Source: a bacterium
GTDB taxonomy: Bacteria; Thermotogota; Thermotogae; Mesoaciditogales; Mesoaciditogaceae
Length of the DNA stretch: 64,000 nt
Direction: 5' to 3'
Assembly: GCA_021800445.1 (NCBI GenBank)
Contig: JAJYYZ010000006.1
Location: forward strand, 420-64,419
The notes under the pieces were generated by a model. That model saw only the letters and a program-made list of their open reading frames with translations. It was not told the DNA's origin and ran no database searches. Positions 1-10,078 of this stretch are shown here, piece by piece (the stretch's first letter is position 1; each line of letters opens with the position of its first letter). A program made the position numbers and the translations under genes.

Positions 1-1619
1 GGTACAACAACTTTAGTCCATTCTGTGCCGGCATTAACGTAATAATATTCCACGCCGTTGTTTGGGCTTTTTAACTCTATTTTGAAATTCATATCCTGAG
101 AACTGCCCTTGACGTAAAAGACAAGGGCCGAATATCCAGACGCATCTAAGGTCTGGTTTAGATTGTTGTTGGCAAGATAAAGGTATGTACCGTTGTACGA
201 GCCATCTTTTTGGACATTGTAATTTATCTTCCATACGTGTCCGAATGTATCATCGGAGATGATATTTGCATTTACATCTGAGGCGGCCGATGTTCCTCCA
301 GTCCAGACACCGAGTCCATATCTTCCATAAGGACTTGAGAATCCTTCAACGACCGTATAATTCTGAGAAGATGTCTGTGGGGTTGCAGGTTCTGTGGTTG
401 TTTTCACCTTTGGCCCTATAAGATCAATTGCTTTTTGGACGTACGGAATTCGCATGAAATATTTCCATACCATGCCCGTGTAATAATTTTCTGTCATCAA
501 AACCTCAATTCCGACATCTATGCCTATGTAATCGAAATCTCTCCAGTTTTGATCGATGTTGAATGAATCTACAAATCCATATCGACCGTAAAGTTCATTT
601 TTAAGTGCCCACATCTTTAAAACCGCCGCTTTCGATCTGTTGGGTGTAAATGGAAGTGCTCCTATCATCGCATACGGTGCAACGGTTCCATCTGTTCCAC
701 CCATTATCGCTCCATATGCCTGATAGCCATTTGGCCCATCGGATGCGGATAATCCCCAAAAGCCATCTTTAAATGTTTTATACGGTTGTTCGCTCGCAAA
801 TTGCATGTCATACTCTATGGCTTTTTTTGAATTGTCCCACAGATTTCCCACGTATTTGAAGTTCAAGTCTTTGAAATTTATGTATGCCTGAGAATAAAGA
901 TAGGTAAACAAACTTTCATCGGGAGTTGCCCAGTGCTTCAAATTCCCGGAACCGTTTTGAGACCACGTTACTATCCAGTATCCCCAATCTTGAGGCGGCA
1001 TCGGATATGTAGGGGATCCTATGGCAAGGATGTACATCAATGCGGCCTCGCTGTATCCTGTCCAGTAGGATTTGGAAAATCCGCTTTCGGGATACCACGC
1101 CATGTCCAAATACGCCGTGTTGCTAGTCATCCATTGCCAATCTATACGCTCGTACAATTCATCGGCGAGTTTTTGAACCTCCGTTCTGGGAAAGTACTGA
1201 CCTGCAAAAAGCGCTCCGGCTATGAAAAGCGTTGTGTCTATCGGTGACACTTCAGATCCACTTGCCCTTTGGCCTGTCCACAGATTCAAAAAATGGTAGT
1301 AGAAACCATGCTCATTTGGCAAATTTTTGAAGTATTCAAGAGTTGTAAGGATCCTTTGATAAACATCCTGCTTTGGGATCCATCCATGCTCTGCGGCTAT
1401 ACACAAAGAAGTAAGTCCAAATCCAACTGCCGCTATCGATGAAGGTGAATCCCAAGTAGTTCTGTCTCTTATAAGGCCGTTTGATGGATTTGTTTCATTC
1501 CAAAAATAAAACATGGCATCTCTTTCGTTTTTTGTAAGAATTTCATCCGGATTGTCCTGTGCCATCGCAATGCCTCCGATTATCAAAAAAGCAAGAAATA
1601 ATATGAAAAATTTTTTCAT
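1..1619 (-). CDS. Secreted GH144/'glucoamylase-like' (PF10091-type) glycoside hydrolase with C-terminal CBM-like domain; runs off the left edge
   Basis: Absent from the ORF track because there is no stop in the window. Manually translated from ATG 1619: signal peptide MKKFFILFLAFLIIGGIAMA; family motifs SIAAVGFGL, HGFYYHF, SEVSPIDT, WGLSASDGPNGY, DGTVAPYA, YGRYGFVDSFN, YIGIDVG; a T/P linker (KTTTEPATPQT); then a domain similar to 1660..2244. Confidence 0.85.
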   Translation of the reverse strand, partial: MKKFFILFLAFLIIGGIAMAQDNPDEILTKNERDAMFYFWNETNPSNGLIRDRTTWDSPSSIAAVGFGLTSLCIAAEHGWIPKQDVYQRILTTLEYFKNLPNEHGFYYHFLNLWTGQRASGSEVSPIDTTLFIAGALFAGQYFPRTEVQKLADELYERIDWQWMTSNTAYLDMAWYPESGFSKSYWTGYSEAALMYILAIGSPTYPMPPQDWGYWIVTWSQNGSGNLKHWATPDESLFTYLYSQAYINFKDLNFKYVGNLWDNSKKAIEYDMQFASEQPYKTFKDGFWGLSASDGPNGYQAYGAIMGGTDGTVAPYAMIGALPFTPNRSKAAVLKMWALKNELYGRYGFVDSFNIDQNWRDFDYIGIDVGIEVLMTENYYTGMVWKYFMRIPYVQKAIDLIGPKVKTTTEPATPQTSSQNYTVVEGFSSPYGRYGLGVWTGGTSAASDVNANIISDDTFGHVWKINYNVQKDGSYNGTYLYLANNNLNQTLDASGYSALVFYVKGSSQDMNFKIELKSPNNGVEYYYVNAGTEWTKVVV

Positions 1620-1635
1620 CTTATCACCTCAAAAG

Positions 1636-1657
1636 AAAGGCACCTTTCGGTGCCTTT
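1636..1657 (-). terminator. Intrinsic terminator between the stand-alone CBM-like gene and the GH gene
   Basis: On the minus strand: AAAGGCACC-GAAA-GGTGCCTTT followed by CTTTTG, directly before the RBS of the GH gene. Confidence 0.7.
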
Positions 1658-1659
1658 TT

Positions 1660-2244
1660 TCATTTCATAAATCCTATGTCTGCGACGTATATATGGGCCG
1701 TGTTGAGAACATCGAGATTGTGTTCAAAGACAAAGGTACCTTGAGTCAATTGAGAAAAATTGGTATCTTTCGACCATGAATACTTTGTGAAATCTTTGAA
1801 TGGAATTTGCACAAAGGTCCAGTATTGTCCTATGCCGTGCACATAGAAATACTCTGCTCCGTTATTCGGGCTTTTAAGTTCCACTTTAAACGTTATCGGA
1901 GTTGACGAGTCTGATTTGACAAAAAACGCGTAAGATGAATAAGCAGAGGCATCAAACGACTGGTTTAGATTTTGATTTGCAAACAAAACGTATGTACCGT
2001 TGTAAGAACCGTCCTTTTCAACGTTGTAGTATATGTCCCATTTGTTTCCAAAAAGGGTACTCGGTAATATTTGTGCACTTGCATCGGTTGCAGATGATGT
2101 GCCACCAGTCCACGGACCAAGGCCAAAATGACCAAATGGACTTGAGAATGGCTCTATGATGTAGTAATTGAAAGTTACCTGTGCAAAGGCCATTCCGATC
2201 ACTAAAACCAAAACTGCCGAAAAAACCAGTGTTACTTTTTTCAT
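1660..2244 (-). CDS. Secreted stand-alone carbohydrate-binding-like (CBM11/CIA30-type) protein
   Basis: Signal peptide and GGAGG RBS; aromatic-rich beta domain (FKVELKSP...WTFVQIPF) paralogous to the C-terminus of the adjacent GH. Confidence 0.7.
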   Translation of the reverse strand: MKKVTLVFSAVLVLVIGMAFAQVTFNYYIIEPFSSPFGHFGLGPWTGGTSSATDASAQILPSTLFGNKWDIYYNVEKDGSYNGTYVLFANQNLNQSFDASAYSSYAFFVKSDSSTPITFKVELKSPNNGAEYFYVHGIGQYWTFVQIPFKDFTKYSWSKDTNFSQLTQGTFVFEHNLDVLNTAHIYVADIGFMK

Positions 2245-2278
2245 TTTGTTACCTCCTTATTTTAAAATTGTGGATCAA

Positions 2279-2470
2279 TATACTGAACAAACTTTAAATT
2301 TCTAATCATCGCTGCGGCAGGTGCCTCCTGATGGCGGGTAGGTTGTGGCTCGTAGCAATCTGTAATCAGAAAAACTCTTCACTACTCACTCGTCACTGTT
2401 CACTGATCGAGGCATCCTGCCTTCCGCTTAAAGTAAATGAGCATTCGGTTTTTAAAGTTAGTTAGGTATA
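2279..2470. mobile_element. MITE family 2, complete copy (TA-flanked, about 30-bp imperfect TIRs)
   Basis: Left end TATACTGAACAAACTTTAAATTTCTAAT; right end ATTCGGTTTTTAAAGTTAGTTAGGTATA; same scaffold as 53952..54103. Confidence 0.75.
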
Positions 2471-4795
2471 TCTTACCTTTACATTATGAATGCCCTTCAA
2501 ATAAGGTATAAGATCTCCATCTATCTTTTCGCCATCGATAAGGATCGTCCTTTCTTCGGTAAGACTTCTCATCTTTGAATTTTCAATTTCAAGCGTGTAT
2601 TCTCCATCTCTTACGGTGAATGTGAATTTCGCGCTTTTCCATTTTTTGTTTGTCGATGGACTAAAGAGAATTCCATCTTTGACGGGTTTTACCCCTATGT
2701 AATACTCTATTATCGCCCTGTAGAACCATCCTGCCGATCCTGAATACCATGTCCACCCAGCCCTCCCGCTTTTTGGAGACAATGGGCCATCGCTATTTCC
2801 AGGAGTTAGGTAAGGTTCGACCATGTAAGTATCTGGATCCTTTGTGGAACGCTTTATTGGAGACAAAGATTCGTAAACTTTGTCAGATAGGTTAGAGTCT
2901 TTCATCTTCCACGCAGACCACAAAGTCCAGACAGCCGCATGGGTGTAAACGCCCCCATTCTCTCTTGAACCTGGAGAGTACCTACTTAGATATCCTATCT
3001 TTGGATCTGGTTTGGTAAAAGGGGGTGTGAAAAGCAATGGCCCATAATCGGTTATAAGTCTTTTTTTTACGTTTTCCATTGCTTTTTGCAATTTATCTTC
3101 ACCACTTATTTCAGAGAGCACGGCCCAATTTTGCGCATTCAAAAAGATTCTTTCATCGTTTTTCCCACCAAGGACAAGGCCATCATCTGATGTTGCCCTG
3201 TCAAACCAATTTCCATTCCATGCGTATGAATTGAATGAGTCTTTGATCTCCTTTGTGGATTTTGTGATGGAATCCTTTTCAGTTTTGCCGAGTTTAAAAG
3301 TTTCCTGAACTTTAGAGAGAATGTAATAAAGAAATTCGCTTACCCAAAAACTCTCTCCCTTCCCTTCGCGTCCAAGACCATTAAGTCCATCATTCCAGTC
3401 GCCGTTGAATATAAATGGTATTCCCCTTTGCGATCTGTTGGACAAAACGCTTTTTATACTCCTTATGGCATGGTCTTTGATAGTTCCCTCTTCTCCGTCA
3501 AGAAATGGCACTTTCTCTTTTAATATGCTTTTGTCTCCTGTATGTTCTATGTATTCAGCTATTGCAAATGGAAGCCAGAGCAGATCATCTGACCATCGTT
3601 CCGATGGGTGCCAGTTTGTAAGAGGTAGCCACCAGTGTTGGACCGTTCCGTCCTGCCTTTGGTGGGCGGCGTGAAGTTTTATCTGATCTTTTGTGATTTT
3701 TGGATTGAGCCATAGGGCGGCCAAGCTGTCTTGAAGTTGATCTCGGAAACCGTAAGCTCCTCCCATTTGATAATATGCGGTTCTGGCCATAAGTCTTCCT
3801 CCTATTGCCTGGTATGGAAGCCATTTGTTTATTAAAAATTCGATGTCTTTATTCGGAACGCTAACTTTGAATTTGCCAAGAAAATTTCCCCAGTGTGCTT
3901 TTACCATCTTTTTCACGTTATCAAAATTAACTTTGTTGTATTTTTTGGCAAGAGAAAGTGCCTCTTCTTCATTTTGGCCAACCCCTATAAAAAAGTTGAG
4001 TTCTTTCGTGGTTTCAGGCTTCAATTCAACCTTAACATGGAGGGCATTTATTCCATCTATATGTCTGTCCTGATTCATATCGCATATCCCGTTTTTAACG
4101 GCCTGCGGCTTTTGAACATCTCCGTACATTCCAATGAATGACCTTTTATCCGTGTCAAATGAAACAACCTTTCCCGATGTGGAATGGACAAGCACGTAAG
4201 GGTAAGAATCATTCCAGTTAAGCCAGAGATATTTTTTGCTTAATATGGCCGAATGGGTTTTTATGAACTTCGTTTCAAAGAAAAGTTTGTGAAATTCATG
4301 GTGAAAATCGGCATTGGTGCCCATGTTAAGTTCAAAGTAAGAAAAGATCGAAAAATGTAAAGTATTTTTGCTTTTGTTCTTAAAACTCAAATTTATTATC
4401 TCGCCGTCATCATCCAAGGGTATCGCGACTCTCATCTCAACATCGAATTTTGAAAATTTGGTATCGAATTTCACAAGACCGGGAGAGAAGGTAATCTTGT
4501 ACTTTCCTTTATGCTGGACGGGTTGAAATGTCGGAGAATAAATCTCGCCCGTGTCATCGTTACGGATATAGATGTACTTTCCGTAATCATCTTTTACAAG
4601 GTCTTGAACCCACCTTGTCAGCAAACTCTGAGATGCGTCAATGTAAAAAGCATATCCGCTTCCGCTTTGCGAATATACGGATCCATACCTTCCATTTGTA
4701 AGTATATTGACCCATGGCATAGGAGTCTTTGGATCTGTTATAACGTAATCTCCTTTTTCATCGAAATATCCGTATTTTGTTTTGAAGTATTTCAT
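2462..4795 (-). CDS. GH94 family glycoside phosphorylase
   Basis: 777 aa; TPMPWVNIL, GGAYGFRDQLQD, GDWNDGLN and ENGGVYTHAAVW motifs. Confidence 0.92.
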   Translation of the reverse strand: MKYFKTKYGYFDEKGDYVITDPKTPMPWVNILTNGRYGSVYSQSGSGYAFYIDASQSLLTRWVQDLVKDDYGKYIYIRNDDTGEIYSPTFQPVQHKGKYKITFSPGLVKFDTKFSKFDVEMRVAIPLDDDGEIINLSFKNKSKNTLHFSIFSYFELNMGTNADFHHEFHKLFFETKFIKTHSAILSKKYLWLNWNDSYPYVLVHSTSGKVVSFDTDKRSFIGMYGDVQKPQAVKNGICDMNQDRHIDGINALHVKVELKPETTKELNFFIGVGQNEEEALSLAKKYNKVNFDNVKKMVKAHWGNFLGKFKVSVPNKDIEFLINKWLPYQAIGGRLMARTAYYQMGGAYGFRDQLQDSLAALWLNPKITKDQIKLHAAHQRQDGTVQHWWLPLTNWHPSERWSDDLLWLPFAIAEYIEHTGDKSILKEKVPFLDGEEGTIKDHAIRSIKSVLSNRSQRGIPFIFNGDWNDGLNGLGREGKGESFWVSEFLYYILSKVQETFKLGKTEKDSITKSTKEIKDSFNSYAWNGNWFDRATSDDGLVLGGKNDERIFLNAQNWAVLSEISGEDKLQKAMENVKKRLITDYGPLLFTPPFTKPDPKIGYLSRYSPGSRENGGVYTHAAVWTLWSAWKMKDSNLSDKVYESLSPIKRSTKDPDTYMVEPYLTPGNSDGPLSPKSGRAGWTWYSGSAGWFYRAIIEYYIGVKPVKDGILFSPSTNKKWKSAKFTFTVRDGEYTLEIENSKMRSLTEERTILIDGEKIDGDLIPYLKGIHNVKVRYT

Positions 4796-5316
4796 TCGCT
4801 TGCCTCCTTGTGCAACGTATCGTAATATTTCGCTATTTCGTTTGTCTTTCCACCGAGTAAAGAGAAGATATTCTCATACATGCTTACCTTTGATGAATCT
4901 CCCGATGATCTGTGTATGAGTTCGGCCAGTACGTAAAGTATATATGGATTTTTGTTTCTTACCGTGTTTTGAAAGTAAACTTCAAGGTCATCTGTTGGCA
5001 TAGTTACTATTAACTTCATGACTTCTTTTTTTGCTTTTTCAACGATCGAAGGTATACCAAAAATGGGATGTCCTTCGAACATCGTTGAAATTTGTGTAAA
5101 ACCAACGTAAGTTACGTATTTTTGAAGTTTAGTGTCAAAGATTTGATATCCATTAAGGGCATCGAGATATTTTCCGGCCTTCAACATTTCTTCGGCTTTT
5201 TTGTAATTTTCTATGGCAAAATTATTTGTCTGCATCCATGCCGCTACATATCCTGCAAAGAAGATTATCAAAACCACCAAAGCGATTACAGAGTACAAGA
5301 TGATCTTTTTATTCAA
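4792..5316 (-). CDS. Hypothetical membrane-anchored protein
   Basis: 174 aa, one N-terminal TM helix; its stop overlaps the GH94 start (ATGA). Confidence 0.75.
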   Translation of the reverse strand: MNKKIILYSVIALVVLIIFFAGYVAAWMQTNNFAIENYKKAEEMLKAGKYLDALNGYQIFDTKLQKYVTYVGFTQISTMFEGHPIFGIPSIVEKAKKEVMKLIVTMPTDDLEVYFQNTVRNKNPYILYVLAELIHRSSGDSSKVSMYENIFSLLGGKTNEIAKYYDTLHKEASE

Positions 5317-5325
5317 ATCGATCGC

Positions 5326-6153
5326 CTACTTGAAAGAGACATTTGTGAAAGCCCTAATGAAATATTTTTGCAAGAATAGAAAGACTATAAGTATAGGCAA
5401 AGTTATCACAACTTCTCCCGCCCACAACACCTGTATATTTTGGCCTGGAATCGTACTTGAGAACATTTGAAGTCCGAGTTGCACAGTCCACATGCTCGGA
5501 CTTCTTAAATAAAGTAAAGGTCCGAAAAAGTCATTCCATGCTCCCATAAATGTCAGTATCGCTATCGTTGCCATAACGGGTATACTCATCGGAACTATTA
5601 TTCTTGCGTATATAACAGGATCGCTTGCACCATCTATGCGGGCTGCTTCTATGACTTCATCAGGGATTTGTTCCATGAATTGTTTCATAAGGAAAATACT
5701 GTAAAATTGTACAAAACTCGGAATTATAAGGGCTCTGTAATGGTTAACCCAGCCCCAGTTGTACAGCATTGTGTATGTTGGTATGAAAAACAAAACGCCA
5801 GGGATCATAAGTGTAAAAAGCATAAAGCCAAAAAGCGCGTTTTTGCCGGGAAATTTTAACTTGGCAAGTGCGAATGCCGCCAAAGAATCAAAGAATAAGT
5901 TCAAAAGCGTTACAGATCCGGCTATTATGATCGTGTTTTTGAAAAGCAGCAAAATATTGAGATCTTTGAATAACCCTGTATATCCAGACCATGTCCATGG
6001 CATAGGGATTATCATCGATGGATTGTTCAAAAGTTGAGATGGAGTCATGAATGAACTCATTACCATGAGTACGAATGGATAAAGTGTTATTATCAGACCT
6101 ATGCTTAAAAATATGTATGCCCTTGTTCTTTCATTTCTTTCCTGCTTTAGCAT
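5326..6153 (-). CDS. Carbohydrate ABC transporter permease (CUT1, MalG-like)
   Basis: EAA loop EAARIDGAS; multiple TM helices. Confidence 0.93.
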   Translation of the reverse strand: MLKQERNERTRAYIFLSIGLIITLYPFVLMVMSSFMTPSQLLNNPSMIIPMPWTWSGYTGLFKDLNILLLFKNTIIIAGSVTLLNLFFDSLAAFALAKLKFPGKNALFGFMLFTLMIPGVLFFIPTYTMLYNWGWVNHYRALIIPSFVQFYSIFLMKQFMEQIPDEVIEAARIDGASDPVIYARIIVPMSIPVMATIAILTFMGAWNDFFGPLLYLRSPSMWTVQLGLQMFSSTIPGQNIQVLWAGEVVITLPILIVFLFLQKYFIRAFTNVSFK

Positions 6154-6161
6154 TTAATCAC

Positions 6162-7064
6162 CTAACTTCTTTCTTGGAGCACTTTAAGCGTTGCGACAGT
6201 TGCTATAATTATCAAAATGCTGAGAATAAAGCCGAGTGTTGACGAATATCCCATCTGAAATTTACTCAATCCTTCGCTGTATATGTAAAGCACGGGAGTC
6301 ATTCCGGCCTGATCCGGTCCGCCGGTAACACCGAAATTCACGTAAACCTGCGTGAACATCTGGAGCCCTCCTATTGCGTTCATAACCATTATGAAAACTA
6401 TCTGTGGCCTTAAAAGCGGGAAAATTATCCTCCAAAATATCGTGCCTTCCTTTGCACCATCTATTCTTGCCGCTTCTGTGAATTCTGTCGGAATTGTACC
6501 CATTCCGCCAAGTAAAATTATCGCTTGAATTCCAAAAGACATCCATGAAGTTATGACCGCTATAACCGGCATTATAAGTATTGGCGTTAAATTCCAAACG
6601 ATAGGTTGAGTTAAAATATGCCATTTCACAAGCAAAGTTTGAATAGGGCCGTACGGTGCCGTTATATTTCCAAGCACAAGCATCACGACGACAACCGAGG
6701 TTATGGTAGGTACAAAATAAGCACTCCTAAAAAATGCATTCCAGAATTTGTTTCCGTTAGAAATTTTGAAAAGTAAATATGCAACGAGTAATGCTATGAA
6801 AAAAGTTAAAATGATGAATATGGCTTGATTGTAAAGGATATTGACGAGACTTTTCCAAAAAAGCGGATCTGTAAAACCATTTATCCAGTTTTGAAAACCA
6901 ATGAATTTTATCGATTGCGGCGCTACAAGGTTGTAATTCAAAAAGGTCATCTTTATGCCGAGCCATAAAGGGTAAACGCTGAAAACCAAAAAACCAACGA
7001 TCCATGGAGCCACAAAGATGTAGCCCCATTTGGATCGTTTAAGCGTTCTTAAAAAATCTTTCAT
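6162..7064 (-). CDS. Carbohydrate ABC transporter permease (CUT1, MalF-like)
   Basis: EAARIDGAKE motif; TM helices. Confidence 0.93.
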   Translation of the reverse strand: MKDFLRTLKRSKWGYIFVAPWIVGFLVFSVYPLWLGIKMTFLNYNLVAPQSIKFIGFQNWINGFTDPLFWKSLVNILYNQAIFIILTFFIALLVAYLLFKISNGNKFWNAFFRSAYFVPTITSVVVVMLVLGNITAPYGPIQTLLVKWHILTQPIVWNLTPILIMPVIAVITSWMSFGIQAIILLGGMGTIPTEFTEAARIDGAKEGTIFWRIIFPLLRPQIVFIMVMNAIGGLQMFTQVYVNFGVTGGPDQAGMTPVLYIYSEGLSKFQMGYSSTLGFILSILIIIATVATLKVLQERS

Positions 7065-7071
7065 AGTTCTC

Positions 7072-8331
7072 TCATAGGCCTGATGAGTTCAAAGCGGATT
7101 GAGCGTTTTTGGCTGCCGTTTGAAATGCCTGCTCAGCAGTCGGAATTGAATTACTTACAACGTACTGGCCCCATGCATTTAAGACGGCTTGTGTAACGGC
7201 TGTATTTTCATCAAAAGGATTTGTGACAACAACATGCGCAAGTTGATCAACGTAAGGTTTTACATCAGGTCTTGAAAAGAACGGATTATTGGCGTTCTCT
7301 TTAACGGAAGTTAGCCATCCTATTTCTTCGCACGCCTGAAGTTCATTTTGTGGTTCCATTAAAAATTGGATGAACTTCCATGAGGCCATGTCTTGTTGCG
7401 GTGTCGTTTTAAAAACTATCAAAGGTCTTTGTGCAAGTGTTGACCAATGAATAGCCGTTGCTGAATCTGAATTTGTAGGTATCGGAGCGAGACCGTAATC
7501 TTTGCCGTAAACCATAGGGCCTCCTGTTGAATTCTGAAGGTTAAAAGTCCATCCATAGGCGAATTGCAACCACATTCCAACGTTTCTTCCAAAGATAGAA
7601 GCCTGTTGCATACCGGACGAACTGTACTGCTGAACCGCTTTACAGAATTTTAAGAAATCAACAAAATGTGCATTGGGATTCGTGAAATCAAGTGAAAGCC
7701 CATATTGACCTATTAAATGCGGATATTTTGCATCGTTAAAATTGTAGTATATTTGCTCCAACATACCCCAATACCACGAAAAAGAAAGTTCTTCATTCCA
7801 AAAAAATTGGCCATAATATTTTCCATAAGGCCCAGGCTGAAGTTCACTTATCTTTTTTGCATCGTAAAGGTACTGAGCAAATGTTTGAGGCGGATCGTCG
7901 GGGTTAAGTCCTGCAAGTTTAAAAATCGCCTTGTTGTAAAACATTACCTGTGTGGTTACCATCCATGGTATGTTGTAAACGCCACCATTGTAAGGGAAAA
8001 CGCCGGTTATGAGTTCTGACGCTATTTGGTTGTATCCAGGCATCTTGGTAAAATCAAGCAAAAGACCATTTTGAACGTAATTCATGGAAACGGGTCCTAC
8101 AAAGATATTTGGAGCATTACCTGCCGCAACCAGCGCCGCTATCTGACTTCCATTTGGCTGTGCGACTACCTGAACCGTGATGTCGGGATTTTGCTTTTCA
8201 AAGACTGGAATTACACTTTGCAGATAGTTAAAAGATTGTGCATCCGGTGGCGCAACGGTTATCGTAACGGCCATCATCGATCCGACTGTAAAGATCAACA
8301 TAATTGAAAAGACCAAAAGATACTTTTTCAC
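7072..8331 (-). CDS. Sugar ABC transporter substrate-binding protein (family 1)
   Basis: GTG 8331 follows a GGAGG RBS (track start 8340); signal peptide; adjacent to CUT1 permeases. Confidence 0.88.
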   Translation of the reverse strand: MKKYLLVFSIMLIFTVGSMMAVTITVAPPDAQSFNYLQSVIPVFEKQNPDITVQVVAQPNGSQIAALVAAGNAPNIFVGPVSMNYVQNGLLLDFTKMPGYNQIASELITGVFPYNGGVYNIPWMVTTQVMFYNKAIFKLAGLNPDDPPQTFAQYLYDAKKISELQPGPYGKYYGQFFWNEELSFSWYWGMLEQIYYNFNDAKYPHLIGQYGLSLDFTNPNAHFVDFLKFCKAVQQYSSSGMQQASIFGRNVGMWLQFAYGWTFNLQNSTGGPMVYGKDYGLAPIPTNSDSATAIHWSTLAQRPLIVFKTTPQQDMASWKFIQFLMEPQNELQACEEIGWLTSVKENANNPFFSRPDVKPYVDQLAHVVVTNPFDENTAVTQAVLNAWGQYVVSNSIPTAEQAFQTAAKNAQSALNSSGL

Positions 8332-8363
8332 GAACTGCACCTCCTCAAGATTTCACTTTTATC

Positions 8364-8397
8364 AAACAGGATGTCTCCTCTTGAAGACATCCTGTTT
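8364..8397 (-). terminator. Stem-loop between the two SBP genes
   Basis: AAACAGGATGTCT ... AGACATCCTGTTT, 13-bp stem. Confidence 0.65.
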
Positions 8398-8408
8398 GTC
8401 TAATACTT

Positions 8409-10064
8409 TTATCTCAAGTGTATATTCAAAACTATCATTTCACCTTCGGCCGATCCTATTCCGGCTCCCGTTGCGTAAGGATTGGAATCAGACGGCCATC
8501 CGACAAAATGACTTTCGCTGAAGACATCGAACTCTGTTCCGTAAACGATAGGAACGAAAGGCATCTCTTCAACAAAGATCCTTTCAATGGAATACATTGC
8601 CTGTTTTTGAAGACTCAAATTACTCGTTTGTGCGTAAGTATTCAATGCCGATGTTATCAAAGGATTAGTGTATCCGGACCAGTTAGATGTGGCTGTCTGC
8701 CCAAGCGGTGCGGCGAATGAGGGATTAAGTTCCTGATTGAAGTAGAAATAAGGAGTTGGCCCGCTTCCGGTCGCCCACGCAAAGGCCATATCGTACATTC
8801 CCTTTGTTATAGTTGACCACCACGATCCAAAAGATTCCTGATCTATTATCGCGTTTATACCAATTTCTTTAAGGTTTTGCGCTATTATTTGGGAAATCGT
8901 TAGATAATCTGTCCAACCGGCAACGACTGGTAATTTGTAGGTTGGAAGTACTTTGCCATCCGGACCGACAAGATTACCATCTGCGTTTTTCTTAAATCCT
9001 ATTGATGCGAGCAGTTTCTGTGCTTTTTGTGGATCGTACCGCGAAAGAGACGAATTCAAAGCGGTTAAAGTGGGATCAAGCCATTCAGACTGCTGGGCTG
9101 GCAGTAATCCAATAGCGCTTGAAGGACCTCCGGCATTAAAGTAAGCCTTTTCTTCAGCCGCTGATCTGTCTATTGCCATTGATATTGCCTGTCTGAAAAT
9201 CGGATTGTTGAAAGGATATTTTTGCGTGTTCAAATAAAGTATCAAAGTGCTGTTCATCGGCCACCATATTTTGTTTGTAGACGGATTTTTACTTACCCAT
9301 GTTTTTTGAACATCAGGAATGTAGACGTAACTCCAATCCGCGGTACCTTTTAATAATTCAAGCATTACGGTCGTATTCGATTCAACGGACCTTACGACTA
9401 TTTTGTCTATGTAAGGTCTTCCTGTCATCCAGTAATTTGGATTTTTAACCAAAGTTATCGTGTTGGTCGTTGGATTAAACGAGTCAAGCAAAAACGGACC
9501 AGTTCCAACCGGATTTTGATTCGGATAAGTTGCCGGATCGGATAACTTTGACCAGATATGTTCCGGTACTATGAGTTGTCCAAGAAGCGCGTAAAGTAAA
9601 GGTGTGTTTGGCTTCGAGAAGGTGAATATCACGTTGTCACCGCTTGCGGAAACGCTTTGAAGATAATTGTCTTTGGCCCACAACGCTCCCAAATCGAGGG
9701 CTGGATATTTTTTGATCAGATTAAACGTAAAAGCAACATCATTGGCAGTGAATGGTGTACCATCCGACCATTTAATCCCATTTCTAACCGGAACAGTTAA
9801 AGTGAGATTATCATCTGACCATTTGTAAGAGGTGCCAAGCATAGGCGTGAGTTGACCTGTCAGACTGTTGACATAGAAAAGACTTTCATAAATCATGTTT
9901 TGCATTTGTAAAGTTTGAGAAGTTGGCAAAAACGGATTAACACTGTTCGTCAATTGCCCCCATGGCATGACGACATTCAAAGTTCCTCCGTAATTAACGC
10001 CTGCAGCAAAGATTGTGACTGAAAGAGCCAATGCAAAAATCAAAAACAAACTGACCTTTTTCAT
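8409..10064 (-). CDS. OppA/DppA-type (family 5) substrate-binding protein, probably oligosaccharide-binding
   Basis: ATG 10064 after an AGGAGG RBS; WSDG.PFTA.DV.FTF, GTGPF and NP.YW motifs. Family 5 SBPs bind sugars in Thermotogota. Confidence 0.9.
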   Translation of the reverse strand: MKKVSLFLIFALALSVTIFAAGVNYGGTLNVVMPWGQLTNSVNPFLPTSQTLQMQNMIYESLFYVNSLTGQLTPMLGTSYKWSDDNLTLTVPVRNGIKWSDGTPFTANDVAFTFNLIKKYPALDLGALWAKDNYLQSVSASGDNVIFTFSKPNTPLLYALLGQLIVPEHIWSKLSDPATYPNQNPVGTGPFLLDSFNPTTNTITLVKNPNYWMTGRPYIDKIVVRSVESNTTVMLELLKGTADWSYVYIPDVQKTWVSKNPSTNKIWWPMNSTLILYLNTQKYPFNNPIFRQAISMAIDRSAAEEKAYFNAGGPSSAIGLLPAQQSEWLDPTLTALNSSLSRYDPQKAQKLLASIGFKKNADGNLVGPDGKVLPTYKLPVVAGWTDYLTISQIIAQNLKEIGINAIIDQESFGSWWSTITKGMYDMAFAWATGSGPTPYFYFNQELNPSFAAPLGQTATSNWSGYTNPLITSALNTYAQTSNLSLQKQAMYSIERIFVEEMPFVPIVYGTEFDVFSESHFVGWPSDSNPYATGAGIGSAEGEMIVLNIHLR

Positions 10065-10078
10065 AAAACTTCCTCCTT

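Noticed and set aside
2440-2470. Integron attC site (ACCTAAC containing the GH94 stop on the minus strand)
   Set aside because: The opposite end reads GTTCAGT, not GTTRRRY; there are no L boxes, the 192-bp length is too long and no integrase is present. TA-flanked TIRs explain it better.
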